In this document: positions 26,693 to 35,389 of the stretch, one piece after another
Layout of the letters: each line of letters starts with the position of its first letter
Position numbering within the stretch: the stretch's first letter is position 1
Source: Candidatus Eiseniibacteriota bacterium
GTDB taxonomy: Bacteria; Eisenbacteria; RBG-16-71-46
Direction of reading: 5' to 3'
Assembly (NCBI GenBank): GCA_963717505.1
Contig: OY970342.1
Location: 298,791-362,790 of the forward strand
Length of the DNA stretch: 64,000 nt
Notes under the pieces: model-generated
The model's input: only the letters and a program-made list of their open reading frames with translations
The model's database searches: none
Told to the model about the DNA's origin: nothing
Program-made: the position numbers and the translations under genes

Positions 26693-27847
26693 ATGAGCCC
26701 CGCCAAGATCGACTCCGCCGCCACGACGCGCAGCACGCCCAGCGCGCCCGCCGATCGCCTGCTCGCCGCTGAACAGATCGTCACCAGCCCCGAGACCCGG
26801 CTCAGCTACCGGATCGAGCGTTTCCTCGGCCAGGGCGGGTTCGGCCAGGTCTACCTGGCGCGCCGCCTCGGCCGATCTTCCAAGATCGCCGAAACCGTGT
26901 GCATCAAGATCAGCGTGCACATCGACGGCTGGCTGCGCGAAGCCTACTTCGGACAGCTCCTCGACGATCACCCGCGGGCGATCCGCGTGTTCGACACGTT
27001 CCCCCTGCTGACCGCCGACGGCCAGGTGCGCTATTGCCTGGCGCTCGAGTACGCGCGCCATGGCGACCTGCGCATGTACCTGCGCCGCGCCGGCAAGGGC
27101 TGGCCCGAGCGCACCGTGCGCCGCGAGATCGCTGGCATTCTCGAAGTGCTGGGCAAGCTGCATCGAGGCCAGATGCTCCACCGCGACCTCACACCGCTCA
27201 ACGTGTTCGTGTGCGAGGGGCCGACCCTCAAGCTCGGGGACTTCGGTATCGTCCGCCAGCAGAGCGACCGCCGCGGAATCACCGCGCGCACGCTGAATCC
27301 GTTCACCGCGCCGAGCGACATCCTGGCGGGTGCGGTGCCCAAGTGGCAGGCGCGCGACGACGTCTATCAAGTCGGGCAGTTGCTGGGCATGCTGGTCAAA
27401 GGCGATGCCGACGCCCGGATTCGCCAAGGCGAGATCCGCCGCCTCGCGTGCACCGACCACCTGAAGGAGATCGTCTACCGGTGCATCGGCGAGCGGCGCA
27501 AGCGCTACGAGAGCGCCGACGAGCTGATCGATGCCCTGCGCAATCCGCCGGCGCCGCTCAAGATCGGCGTGCTCCGGTCGCTCAAGGGCGTCCACCTGGC
27601 GTTCACCGGTACGCTCAGCAAACCCCGCATCGTGGCGGCGCGCGCCGCGCGCCGGGCGGGCGCCATCGTTCACGGCGCGCCGTCCGCGCAGACGACGGTG
27701 GTGGTGCGCGGGCGGCCGAACGCGCTCCAGGCCGCCGGCAAGGACGCGGGGCTCAAGCTGATGGAGATCAAGCGCCTGCGCGAGAAAGGGCACAAGATTA
27801 CGCTGCTCAACGACGCCCAGTTCTGGCGGCTGGTGCGCAAACGCTGA
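26693..27847 (+). CDS. Hanks-type Ser/Thr protein kinase fused to a C-terminal BRCT domain
   Basis: Kinase motifs LGQGGFGQVY (G-loop), HRDLTPLNVF (catalytic loop) and DFG. C-terminal …LKGVHLAFTGTLSKPRIVAARAARRAGAIVHGAPSAQTTVVVRGRPNA…GLKLMEIKRL…ITLLNDAQFWRLV has the BRCT pattern, as in the LigA C-terminus. Confidence 0.85.
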   Translation: MSPAKIDSAATTRSTPSAPADRLLAAEQIVTSPETRLSYRIERFLGQGGFGQVYLARRLGRSSKIAETVCIKISVHIDGWLREAYFGQLLDDHPRAIRVFDTFPLLTADGQVRYCLALEYARHGDLRMYLRRAGKGWPERTVRREIAGILEVLGKLHRGQMLHRDLTPLNVFVCEGPTLKLGDFGIVRQQSDRRGITARTLNPFTAPSDILAGAVPKWQARDDVYQVGQLLGMLVKGDADARIRQGEIRRLACTDHLKEIVYRCIGERRKRYESADELIDALRNPPAPLKIGVLRSLKGVHLAFTGTLSKPRIVAARAARRAGAIVHGAPSAQTTVVVRGRPNALQAAGKDAGLKLMEIKRLREKGHKITLLNDAQFWRLVRKR

Positions 27848-27866
27848 AAGCTGTTTGGCGAGCGAC

Positions 27867-28226
27867 CTAGCTCCGAGTTCGGGCCGACCTCGGATTACGC
27901 GCCGCGATTGCATACGCGTCGAAATATCTTTGCAGGGAGATCTCAGTTGAGCCGTACTCGTTCGAGCCATGAAGAAAGTCCACGACGACTTCCCGAGCCC
28001 GGGCGATTTCGCGGAGGCGGGCGACGGAGCCGCGAAGCCGCGGATCCGTAAGTGTCAGATCCAGGAGCTCCAAAGCTCGTTCCAGCGCGCCCTCGGCCAG
28101 ACGCTCATTCCGCCCTTTCCACCGCGATGCCCGGCTCACTTCGCTGCCGATGTTGCCAAGCTGCTCGAAGAGCGTCAGTTCATGCCACCGACCCGCGGCC
28201 AGATCACGATGACGAGCGCCGCTCAT
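27867..28226 (-). CDS. Hypothetical ~119-aa helical protein (second gene of overlapping pair); family not recognised
   Basis: Start ATG 28226 (MSGARHRDLAAG…) forms an ATGA overlap with the upstream gene's stop. The longer track ORF (to 28346) overlaps its partner by 124 nt and is rejected. Confidence 0.5.
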   Translation of the reverse strand: MSGARHRDLAAGRWHELTLFEQLGNIGSEVSRASRWKGRNERLAEGALERALELLDLTLTDPRLRGSVARLREIARAREVVVDFLHGSNEYGSTEISLQRYFDAYAIAARNPRSARTRS

Positions 28227-28570
28227 CGCTGCACGAGGCGCCGGACCAGTTCTACAATGCGGTTCCGAGTCGCCGCATCGTCTACGGCTCGAGAGCGATT
28301 CCCGAGCGATGGCCGCAGGTTGATCATCGAGTCGAACTCGAGCCACTCCTCCTCGGGAAGGTCGGGATACAGGTTGATGCCCCAGAGATCCTGCTGACGA
28401 GACCCGTCCGCGAGGAACATCGCTTCCTCGTCAGAATGCATTTCGGCATCTACCAGCATGATCCCCTGCTCCACGTCGACCACGGCCTTCACGAGTTCCC
28501 CGAAACCAGCGACTGCCATCTCTCTGAGTTCCGCCAGGGATATCGGGGTCTGCAAAGTCACTTTTTTCAT
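28223..28570 (-). CDS. Hypothetical 115-aa protein (first gene of overlapping pair; …DLWGINLYPDLPEEEWLEFDSMINLRP…); family not recognised
   Basis: ATG at 28570. The local AT-richer patch (27850-28600) contrasts with the 69% GC flanks. Confidence 0.5.
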   Translation of the reverse strand: MKKVTLQTPISLAELREMAVAGFGELVKAVVDVEQGIMLVDAEMHSDEEAMFLADGSRQQDLWGINLYPDLPEEEWLEFDSMINLRPSLGNRSRAVDDAATRNRIVELVRRLVQR

Positions 28571-28635
28571 TGGCAGTCTCGTTCAGGGGCGGGTCCGGAG
28601 AGCTGGAGCGGCAACAGGTAGGGACGTTGTGGCCC

Positions 28636-30078
28636 TTACGCCCCCGGCGGCACCTTGGTGTGCCAGTCGGTCCGCTCCTGGTAGATCCGTCCGAGGTCGA
28701 CCAGATCGCGCTCCGAGAGTGCCGCGCCCATGAACGTGATCGACGTCGGCAGGTCGTTCTCACCGAAGCCGTTGGGCATACACAGCGCCGGCAGGCCGCA
28801 CAGGTTTGCGGCCGGAATCAGCGGCGGCCCGCCCATGATGCCCGGGTAGGAGTCCTCGAAGTTCTTGTCGATCGGGTAGGCGACCGTGGCGCGTGTCGGT
28901 GACGCGATGACGTCGAAACGATCGAACAACGCCGACACCGCGCGCTTCATCGGCGCGCGCAGACGCATGGCCTGCAGGTAGTCCACGGCCGGAATCAGCG
29001 TCGCGGCGTAGCCGCCGTGCCGGTCGCGCGGGCAGCGCAGCTCTTTCACCTTGCCGGCCTCGATCAGGTCAATGAACGCGGCCGCACCCTCGGCGCCGAC
29101 GATCGCGCCGATCGACGGGCCCCACGGGAACTCGGGCCACTCGACGTCGCGGGTCACGACTACCCGATCGCCCAGCACTTCGAGCGACTTCTCGAAGTTG
29201 TCGCGCACCTCGGGCTGCACCTTCTCGGTCACGCCCTTGGGGACGCCGACTCGGAACTTGCGCCCAGACGACATCGGGTCGGCGTGCTGGTAGGTGCCCT
29301 CGAGGCTGCTGGCGTCGTGCGGGTCCCTGCCCGCGATCGCGCCGAGCACAATGCTGCAGCAGTCGGCGCTACGCGCCATCGGCCCCAACTTGTCGAGCGT
29401 CCAGGAGAGCGCCATCGCACCGTGACGGCTGACCAGCCCGTAGGTCGGCCGCAGCCCGGTGACGCCCGAGTAGGCGCACGGTGTCAGGATCGAGCCCGAC
29501 GTCTCGGAGCCGATCGCAAACGGCACGAGCCCCGCGGCCACCGCCGAGCCGGGACCACTCGACGAGCCGCCACTCCAGAACTTGTCGTTCCACGGCGTGA
29601 TTCCAGGGCCGGTGAACGAGGCGTCGGCGTGGTTGTAGCCCATGCCGCCCGCCAGCTCGACCATCGCCAGTTTGGCGACCAGCACCGCGCCGGCCTCGCG
29701 CAGGCGGGTGACCACCGTCGCGTCGTAGTCGAATACCTGCTTGCGATAGGGCGTCGCGCCCCACGTGGTCGGCACGCCCTTGGTCGCCACCAAATCCTTC
29801 GCGCCGTAGGGAATCCCGTGCAACGGACCCCGCCAGCGACCGGCCTTGATCTCCTTGGCAGCGGCGTTGGCCTCGCGACGCGCCGAGTCGGCCATCATGG
29901 TGACCACCGCGTTGTAGCGATCGCCGAGTCGGCGCAGGCGCTCGAGCGACAGCTCGGTGAGCGCGACCGGCGAGAGCTTCTGGTCGCGGATCTGCTGCGA
30001 CAACTCGCGCAGCGTGAGGAACGTGTTCGCCGAGGCGGAAGCCTTGGCGGCGCCGGTCGCGGCCTTGGCCGGGCTCAT
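28636..30078 (-). CDS. Amidase-signature (AS) family amidase (GatA-like), no signal peptide
   Basis: AS motif GGSSSGPGSAVAAGLVPFAIGSETSGSIL; Ser-cisSer-Lys triad context. ATG 30078 overlaps the upstream gene's stop (ATGA). Confidence 0.85.
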   Translation of the reverse strand: MSPAKAATGAAKASASANTFLTLRELSQQIRDQKLSPVALTELSLERLRRLGDRYNAVVTMMADSARREANAAAKEIKAGRWRGPLHGIPYGAKDLVATKGVPTTWGATPYRKQVFDYDATVVTRLREAGAVLVAKLAMVELAGGMGYNHADASFTGPGITPWNDKFWSGGSSSGPGSAVAAGLVPFAIGSETSGSILTPCAYSGVTGLRPTYGLVSRHGAMALSWTLDKLGPMARSADCCSIVLGAIAGRDPHDASSLEGTYQHADPMSSGRKFRVGVPKGVTEKVQPEVRDNFEKSLEVLGDRVVVTRDVEWPEFPWGPSIGAIVGAEGAAAFIDLIEAGKVKELRCPRDRHGGYAATLIPAVDYLQAMRLRAPMKRAVSALFDRFDVIASPTRATVAYPIDKNFEDSYPGIMGGPPLIPAANLCGLPALCMPNGFGENDLPTSITFMGAALSERDLVDLGRIYQERTDWHTKVPPGA

Positions 30079-30464
30079 GCGCGGAACACCGTGTCCGGCT
30101 CGTCGCTGTTCAGAAGCTTGGCCTCGCGCAGCGCCTTCCCGGCGCGCAGCCGGCCCTGCAGGTCACGCTCGAGGGTGGCGAGCTGCTCGGCGCTCAGGTG
30201 CTTGCCGTAGCGTCGCTCGAGGATTCCCACAAGCGCCTTGGCGTCAGCCGCGATCTCGGGCGGAACTTCCGGTTGGGCCGGAGCCGCCGGTGCCGGCGGG
30301 GTGACCTTCGCGGTGTCGGGCTTTGCCGCGGTCTGGGCCAGGGCGATCTGGACTCCGCCCATCGCGGTCGTTGCGCTGGCCAGGGCGGCGAGCTTCAAGA
30401 ATCGGCGACGCTCACGCGAGAGCGTTGTGCGCTGGGCGCCGGTGCGGCTGCGGGAACGCGGCAT
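30075..30464 (-). CDS. Small Tat-signal periplasmic protein translationally coupled to the amidase
   Basis: Start ATG 30464: MPRSRSRTGAQRTTLSRERRRFLKLAALASATTAMGGVQIALAQTA contains the twin-arginine motif RRRFLK. ~85-aa mature helical/Ala-rich domain. Confidence 0.6.
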   Translation of the reverse strand: MPRSRSRTGAQRTTLSRERRRFLKLAALASATTAMGGVQIALAQTAAKPDTAKVTPPAPAAPAQPEVPPEIAADAKALVGILERRYGKHLSAEQLATLERDLQGRLRAGKALREAKLLNSDEPDTVFRA

Positions 30465-30629
30465 GGCGGGAAATGTCGCGCAATCGCGACCCGCCGGCAA
30501 ATGACAGCGCCGCGGGTTCCCCGCGGCGCGTCGTCTCGGCGTTCGGTTTATGGGGGGCCGGGTGGCTCCCACCCCCAGCGGGTGGCGCGTCACGCGCGTC
30601 GCTCGCGGGCGGTTCGGCGTCCGGTGACG

Positions 30630-30833
30630 TCAGGCCTTGTTCGTGCGAATCCGGCAGGCGCCGTAGATCGGGCAGAATCCTACTATGCCCGTGATCAAGG
30701 ACACGAAACCAAGCACCTTGAGTATCGTCGCCAACGCTCCGGAAACCACCCCTCCCCATCCGAGGTACAACAGGACCACACCCAATAACCCCCTAAGGAT
30801 GCGATCCCAACCGGCTTCGTTCAGCCGGAACAT
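30630..30833 (-). CDS. DUF2892 (YgaP C-terminal-like) small inner-membrane protein
   Basis: ATG 30833 with GGAGG 9 nt upstream. 67 aa: MFRLNEAGWDRILRGLLGVVLLYLGW…GFCPIYGACRI. Confidence 0.6.
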   Translation of the reverse strand: MFRLNEAGWDRILRGLLGVVLLYLGWGGVVSGALATILKVLGFVSLITGIVGFCPIYGACRIRTNKA

Positions 30834-31077
30834 GGCACCACCTCCGTTCCAGCTATCGCGGCCCCTCGACCCGGTTATTTCAGCATCGGTCGTGCCAGGG
30901 CGGAGATGCCGGCAAGTCGTTGGAACGACAAGGTCCGGAATCCCGATCGCCGGCGGCGGATATGCCCCGGTGTCATGGGCAGCGCCAGGTTGGCAGGAAG
31001 CCGAGGAAGCCATGCGCTCGGTCGGAGTCCAGTCTTGGGCGGTTGCGCCCCGGCCGTGCCCGCCCCAGAGTGCCGCC

Positions 31078-31536
31078 ATGCGCGACCGCACGGCACCGGC
31101 CGATCCCGACTACGCCGATCGGGTGCATGCGAGCTTTGCGCGCCAGACCGTCATGGCCACCCTCGGCGTCCGGCTCGACCGGGTGGAGCCGGGCGTGGTC
31201 GATCTGTCGTTTCCGTTCCGGGCCGACTTCACCCAGCAGCACGGTTTCATCCACGCCGGCATCCTGGCTACGGTGCTCGACAGCGCCTGCGGCTACGCCG
31301 CCTTCTCGTTGATGCCTGCCGACTCGGCCGTGCTGTCGGTCGAGGTCCGCATCCACTTGCTGGCCCCCGCCGACGGCGAGCGCTTCGTGGCGCGCGGTCG
31401 GGTGATTCGCGCCGGCCGCAACCTGACGGTCACGCAGGCCGACGGGTTCGCGATTCGCGACGGCGCCGAGCACCACGTCGCGATGATGACCGGAACCATG
31501 ATGTGCGTCCGGGATCGACCCGGCCTCAAAGGATAA
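31078..31536 (+). CDS. Hotdog-fold acyl-CoA thioesterase (PaaI/YigI-like, 4HBT family)
   Basis: 152 aa from ATG 31078. …QQHGFIHAGILATVLDSACGYAAFSLMP… core. Confidence 0.7.
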   Translation: MRDRTAPADPDYADRVHASFARQTVMATLGVRLDRVEPGVVDLSFPFRADFTQQHGFIHAGILATVLDSACGYAAFSLMPADSAVLSVEVRIHLLAPADGERFVARGRVIRAGRNLTVTQADGFAIRDGAEHHVAMMTGTMMCVRDRPGLKG

Positions 31537-31609
31537 GATGGTCGCGCGCATCACCCGGCGTGTCGGCCCGAGTTTGGACCGTATGGCCTTTCCCAGGAGG
31601 GAACTTTCG

Positions 31610-32392
31610 ATGAAGCGCCTGCTACCCGCCGTTCTGTTGGCCGCGTTGCCCCTGATTACCGGCTGTGCCGCGGTGCCCGCCGAGCACATCGGGGTGATCG
31701 AAGTGTTCGGCGCCGTCCAGCCCAACACCTGGCCACCCGGACTCCACGCATGGGGTCCGTGGTTCGGTGTCCACCGCATCAACTGCCGCACCCAGCAGTT
31801 CGAGGAGAAGACTCAGACCCCGACCAACGAGGGTCTGGTGGTGGGTCTCGATGTCAGCGTGGTGTTCCACATCGACCCCAAGTTCGCGAAGGACGTCTAC
31901 GCACGCTACGGCGGGATGGACGGGCTGATCGAGAACGTTCTGATGCCCGAGTTCCGGTCGTCCATCCGCGACGTCACTGCAGGGTTCAACGCCTCGGACC
32001 TCTATTCCAGCCGCCGCAACGAAGTCACTACGAAGATGCAGGATGAGCTGAGCACTCGACTCGAGGGCCGGGGTGTTGTCCTCGAGGCTCTCCTGCTGCG
32101 CGGGATTACGCTGCCCGAGCAGGTCGCCAACGCGGTGCAGGCCAAGCTGGCCGCCGACCAGCAGGCGCAACAAATGGAGTTCGTGCTCAAGAAGGAGCAG
32201 CGCGAGGCCGAGCGCAAGCGGATCGAGGCGCAGGGCATCGCCGACTACCAGCGCATCGTCAGCTCGGGCCTCACCGAATCGCTGTTGCGCTGGAAGGGGA
32301 TCGAGGCGACGGCCAAGCTGGCCGAATCGCAGAACGCGAAGGTGGTGGTCGTGGGAGGCAAGGACGGCCTGCCGTTGATCCTGAATCCGTAG
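31610..32392 (+). CDS. SPFH/band-7 (prohibitin-like) lipoprotein
   Basis: Strong RBS AGGAGGG 8 nt upstream of ATG 31610. Lipobox LITGC. Band-7 core and C-terminal Gln/Glu/Arg-rich coiled coil. Confidence 0.8.
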   Translation: MKRLLPAVLLAALPLITGCAAVPAEHIGVIEVFGAVQPNTWPPGLHAWGPWFGVHRINCRTQQFEEKTQTPTNEGLVVGLDVSVVFHIDPKFAKDVYARYGGMDGLIENVLMPEFRSSIRDVTAGFNASDLYSSRRNEVTTKMQDELSTRLEGRGVVLEALLLRGITLPEQVANAVQAKLAADQQAQQMEFVLKKEQREAERKRIEAQGIADYQRIVSSGLTESLLRWKGIEATAKLAESQNAKVVVVGGKDGLPLILNP

Positions 32393-32436
32393 AGGCCCTG
32401 GCCAACGCACCGCACGCAGCGGCGCAAGCGTCGCGA

Positions 32437-33126
32437 TCAGCGCCAGCGGCGCTTGACGCTGCCCCACGTCGCCGCCTGAACCGGCGTCAGGAAGTCGGCG
32501 ACGCTGTCGAGCGTCGTGTAGATGAAGTCCTTGCCCGGGTCGAACGTGCCGTCTGCGGCGTTGGCAGCGGCCGCGAAATACACGGTTCCCGCTCCCACGG
32601 TTGGCGCCTGCCACTGGAACTGCCAGGTGACCGGGCCGGCGACGCCGGTCTGGGTGCCGAGGAACTGGTGTTCGACGTAGCTCCGGGATTCCCAGGGCCC
32701 TGGCTCTCCCTCGACGACCTGCAGCTCGTTCAGGTTCGTGACGCTGAACGCGCCCGCGCCTTGGCCATTCGAGGCCAGGAACGCCGTCATCTGGAAACCC
32801 CATTTGCGGCCCGGTATGAATGCCGTCGAGTCGCTCCACACCCGCACCTCGATGGGATAGGTCTGCCCGCCCACGTAGGTGCCGGGCAATACCAACTCGA
32901 TCGCGCCACCCGGAAGATTCACGTTGGGCACGCGGTTTCCGAGGTCGTCGTAGGTCTGGTGGCACTGCCCGCAGATGCTCTCCGCGGGCACGCTGCCTAC
33001 CGCCGGGGCGCCGGTCATCGACGGCGGCGGGCCGGTAGAAAAGCGGCTCGAGGCGACCGCGACCCCGGCGGCAAGGGTCAGGAAGCTCAGGAGGTAGGGG
33101 ATCGAGGGCTTCATCGAGCGATTCAT
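32437..33126 (-). CDS. Secreted hypothetical protein with basic C-terminal tail (…TWGSVKRRWR)
   Basis: Start ATG 33126 (MNRSMKPSIPYLLSFLTLAAGVAVA signal); an alternative start is ATG 33114. No recognised domain. Confidence 0.55.
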   Translation of the reverse strand: MNRSMKPSIPYLLSFLTLAAGVAVASSRFSTGPPPSMTGAPAVGSVPAESICGQCHQTYDDLGNRVPNVNLPGGAIELVLPGTYVGGQTYPIEVRVWSDSTAFIPGRKWGFQMTAFLASNGQGAGAFSVTNLNELQVVEGEPGPWESRSYVEHQFLGTQTGVAGPVTWQFQWQAPTVGAGTVYFAAAANAADGTFDPGKDFIYTTLDSVADFLTPVQAATWGSVKRRWR

Positions 33127-33217
33127 GGGTCGGGTTCGCCGAATGGCGAAACAGAATTGTATCGGACGAAACCGTGTCCGAGGAGTAGAATGTCGGGTCT
33201 TGTACGGAGCTACCCCC

Positions 33218-35389
33218 ATGGTCCGTGTGTTCTCCATTGCTCTCCCATCCCGGGGCCTACTCCTGAAGGTGCTGCCGGTGGCCTGGGCCCTGGTCCTCAT
33301 TGGGCCCGCGGCCGGCGCCGACGTACCGCCCGGGTACCTCTACGTCTCGCCCACGCCTGGGTCCCGCTACGTCTCTCCGCACAACAACGTGGCGATTCGC
33401 GGCGACCGGCTGCTGGATCGCGGGTCGTTGGGCGCCCGGACGATCGTGGTCGTCGGGTCGGCCAGCGGCGAACACACCGGAGCTCTTGACCTCTCGGATG
33501 ACGGCCGAACACTCGTGTTCGTTCCCGACCGGCCCTATCGCCTGGGGGAACGGATCTCGGTGACCGTCGCGCCCGGCGTGCGAGCGACGGATGGTTCGCC
33601 GCTGCCACCCCTCGATTTCGAGTTCTTCGTCGGGTCGGTGGACCCACGGGCCCAGCCGTGGCGAAACCGAGTGTTGGACCCGTTCGATGCACGCGCCTCG
33701 CGCGGGTTCGAATGGCCGCTGGCGGCGACTCCGGTTGCAGTCGCGGTCGGCGACAGCCTGCCCGCCTCCTATCCGCCGATCTACGTGATCTACTCCCGGG
33801 ATCCCGAGCCCGGGCATCTGTTCATGACCCCCAACCCCCCGGGACAGCCGGTCCAGGGGAACCTGGTCATCATGGACAACTTCGGTCAGCCGCTCTTCTA
33901 CCGGCGCATGCCAGGGCGCACGACCGACTTCAACAAGCACGCCAACGGCCGGCTGAGCTTTTTTCACGACGAGACCTTTCGCTACTACTTGCTCGATGCC
34001 AACTACTCGGTGGTCGACAGCTTCGAGACCGGCAACGGCTACCAGACCGACAACCACGAACTGCAACTCCTGCCCAACGGCCACGCGCTCATGATGGCCT
34101 ACGACGACCAGCCGGTCGGCATGGACACGGTGATCGCCGGCGGCAACCCGAACGCGCTGGTGACCGGCCTGATCATCCAGGAAGTCGATGCGGCCAAGAA
34201 CGTGGTGTTCCAGTGGCGGAGCTGGGACCACTTCGGCATCCTCGACGAGAACTCCTGCACGGTCGACCCGCTGGCCGCGACCGTGGACTACGTGCACGCC
34301 AACTCGATCGAGCTGGACCACGACGGCAACCTGTTGATCTCCTCGCGCCACCTGAACGAGATCACCAAGATCGACCGCCAGACCGGCGAGGTCCTCTGGC
34401 GCATGGGGCAAAACGCGCTCAGGAACCAGTTCACCTTTGTCGGCGACACGCGCGGATTCTCGCACCAGCACGACGCGCGGCGCCTGCCAAACGGAAACCT
34501 GATCCTGTTCGACAACGGCAATTGCATGGACACGCTGTATTCGCGGGCGATCGAGTACCAGCTCGACGAGGTGAACAAGGTGGCGACCCGGGTGTGGCAG
34601 TACCGGGACTCCCCGGACGTTTACGGGCGGGCGACCGGCGGCGTGCAGCGTCGAGCGACCGCCAGCACGCTGGTCGACTGGGGCTTCGGCTGCAAGGTAA
34701 CCGACCTGCACCCGGACGGCACCAAAGCTTTCGAGGTGTTGTTTGGGGTCCTGAACATGCAGACCTACCGCGCCTACCGATACCCCTGGACCACGACCCA
34801 GTTTGCGCTGGATGCCGAGCTCATCGACTTCGGCCAAGTCGCGGTGGGCGACTCGATGACCTGGCCGCTGCGAGTGACCAACACCTGGAATCAGCCGATC
34901 GAGATCGGTGCCTTCGTCAGCACCGAGCCGAGGTTCCGTGTGCTGAATCCCGTCCCGGTGACCATTCCGGTCGCGGGATTCGCGACCGTGGACGTCGTGT
35001 TCACGCCGGTGGCTTCGGGTCCGGTTCGTGCCATGCTGTACGCTCGCGCGGTGAACGACACTGAACTGGTCGCGCAATCCGTCGAGCTGCGCGGCACCGG
35101 TCCGACCGCGTCGGTCGAGCGTCCCGATCACGATCTTGCGTTGTCGGTCTGGCCCAGTCCCAGTCGCGGCGCGACGCGCTTGGCTTTCACCCTGCCGCGC
35201 ACGGATCACGCGCGGATTCGCGTCCTCGACGTTCAAGGCCGGGTGCGCGCGGTGCTGGCCGACCGCTCCTTCCCGGCCGGCCGTCACGAGCTGGCGTGGA
35301 GCGCCGGGTCCTCGCCCGCGGGGCTCTATCTCGTTCAGTTCGAGAGTGGCGGGCGGAGCACGATCCGGAAGCTGGCCATCATTCCATGA
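33218..35389 (+). CDS. Secreted arylsulfotransferase (ASST)-like beta-propeller protein with N-terminal Ig-like domain, PapD-like Ig domain and T9SS C-terminal sorting domain (paralog 1)
   Basis: ATG 33218 (MVRVFSIALPSRGLLLKVLPVAWALVLIGPAAGA signal). ASST-like block …DYVHANSIELDHDGNLLISSRHLNEITKIDRQTGEVLWRMG…HQHDARRLPNGNLILFDNGNC…. CTD …VWPSPSRGATRLAFTLP…IRVLDVQGRVRAVL…AGLYLVQF…. Confidence 0.7.
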   Translation: MVRVFSIALPSRGLLLKVLPVAWALVLIGPAAGADVPPGYLYVSPTPGSRYVSPHNNVAIRGDRLLDRGSLGARTIVVVGSASGEHTGALDLSDDGRTLVFVPDRPYRLGERISVTVAPGVRATDGSPLPPLDFEFFVGSVDPRAQPWRNRVLDPFDARASRGFEWPLAATPVAVAVGDSLPASYPPIYVIYSRDPEPGHLFMTPNPPGQPVQGNLVIMDNFGQPLFYRRMPGRTTDFNKHANGRLSFFHDETFRYYLLDANYSVVDSFETGNGYQTDNHELQLLPNGHALMMAYDDQPVGMDTVIAGGNPNALVTGLIIQEVDAAKNVVFQWRSWDHFGILDENSCTVDPLAATVDYVHANSIELDHDGNLLISSRHLNEITKIDRQTGEVLWRMGQNALRNQFTFVGDTRGFSHQHDARRLPNGNLILFDNGNCMDTLYSRAIEYQLDEVNKVATRVWQYRDSPDVYGRATGGVQRRATASTLVDWGFGCKVTDLHPDGTKAFEVLFGVLNMQTYRAYRYPWTTTQFALDAELIDFGQVAVGDSMTWPLRVTNTWNQPIEIGAFVSTEPRFRVLNPVPVTIPVAGFATVDVVFTPVASGPVRAMLYARAVNDTELVAQSVELRGTGPTASVERPDHDLALSVWPSPSRGATRLAFTLPRTDHARIRVLDVQGRVRAVLADRSFPAGRHELAWSAGSSPAGLYLVQFESGGRSTIRKLAIIP

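Noticed and set aside
27969-28397. 142-aa plus-strand ORF over the two-gene module, and 28052..28621 (+)
   Set aside because: Pro/Arg/Ser-rich and lacking a start context. The minus-strand pair has ATGA coupling and coherent protein-like sequences.
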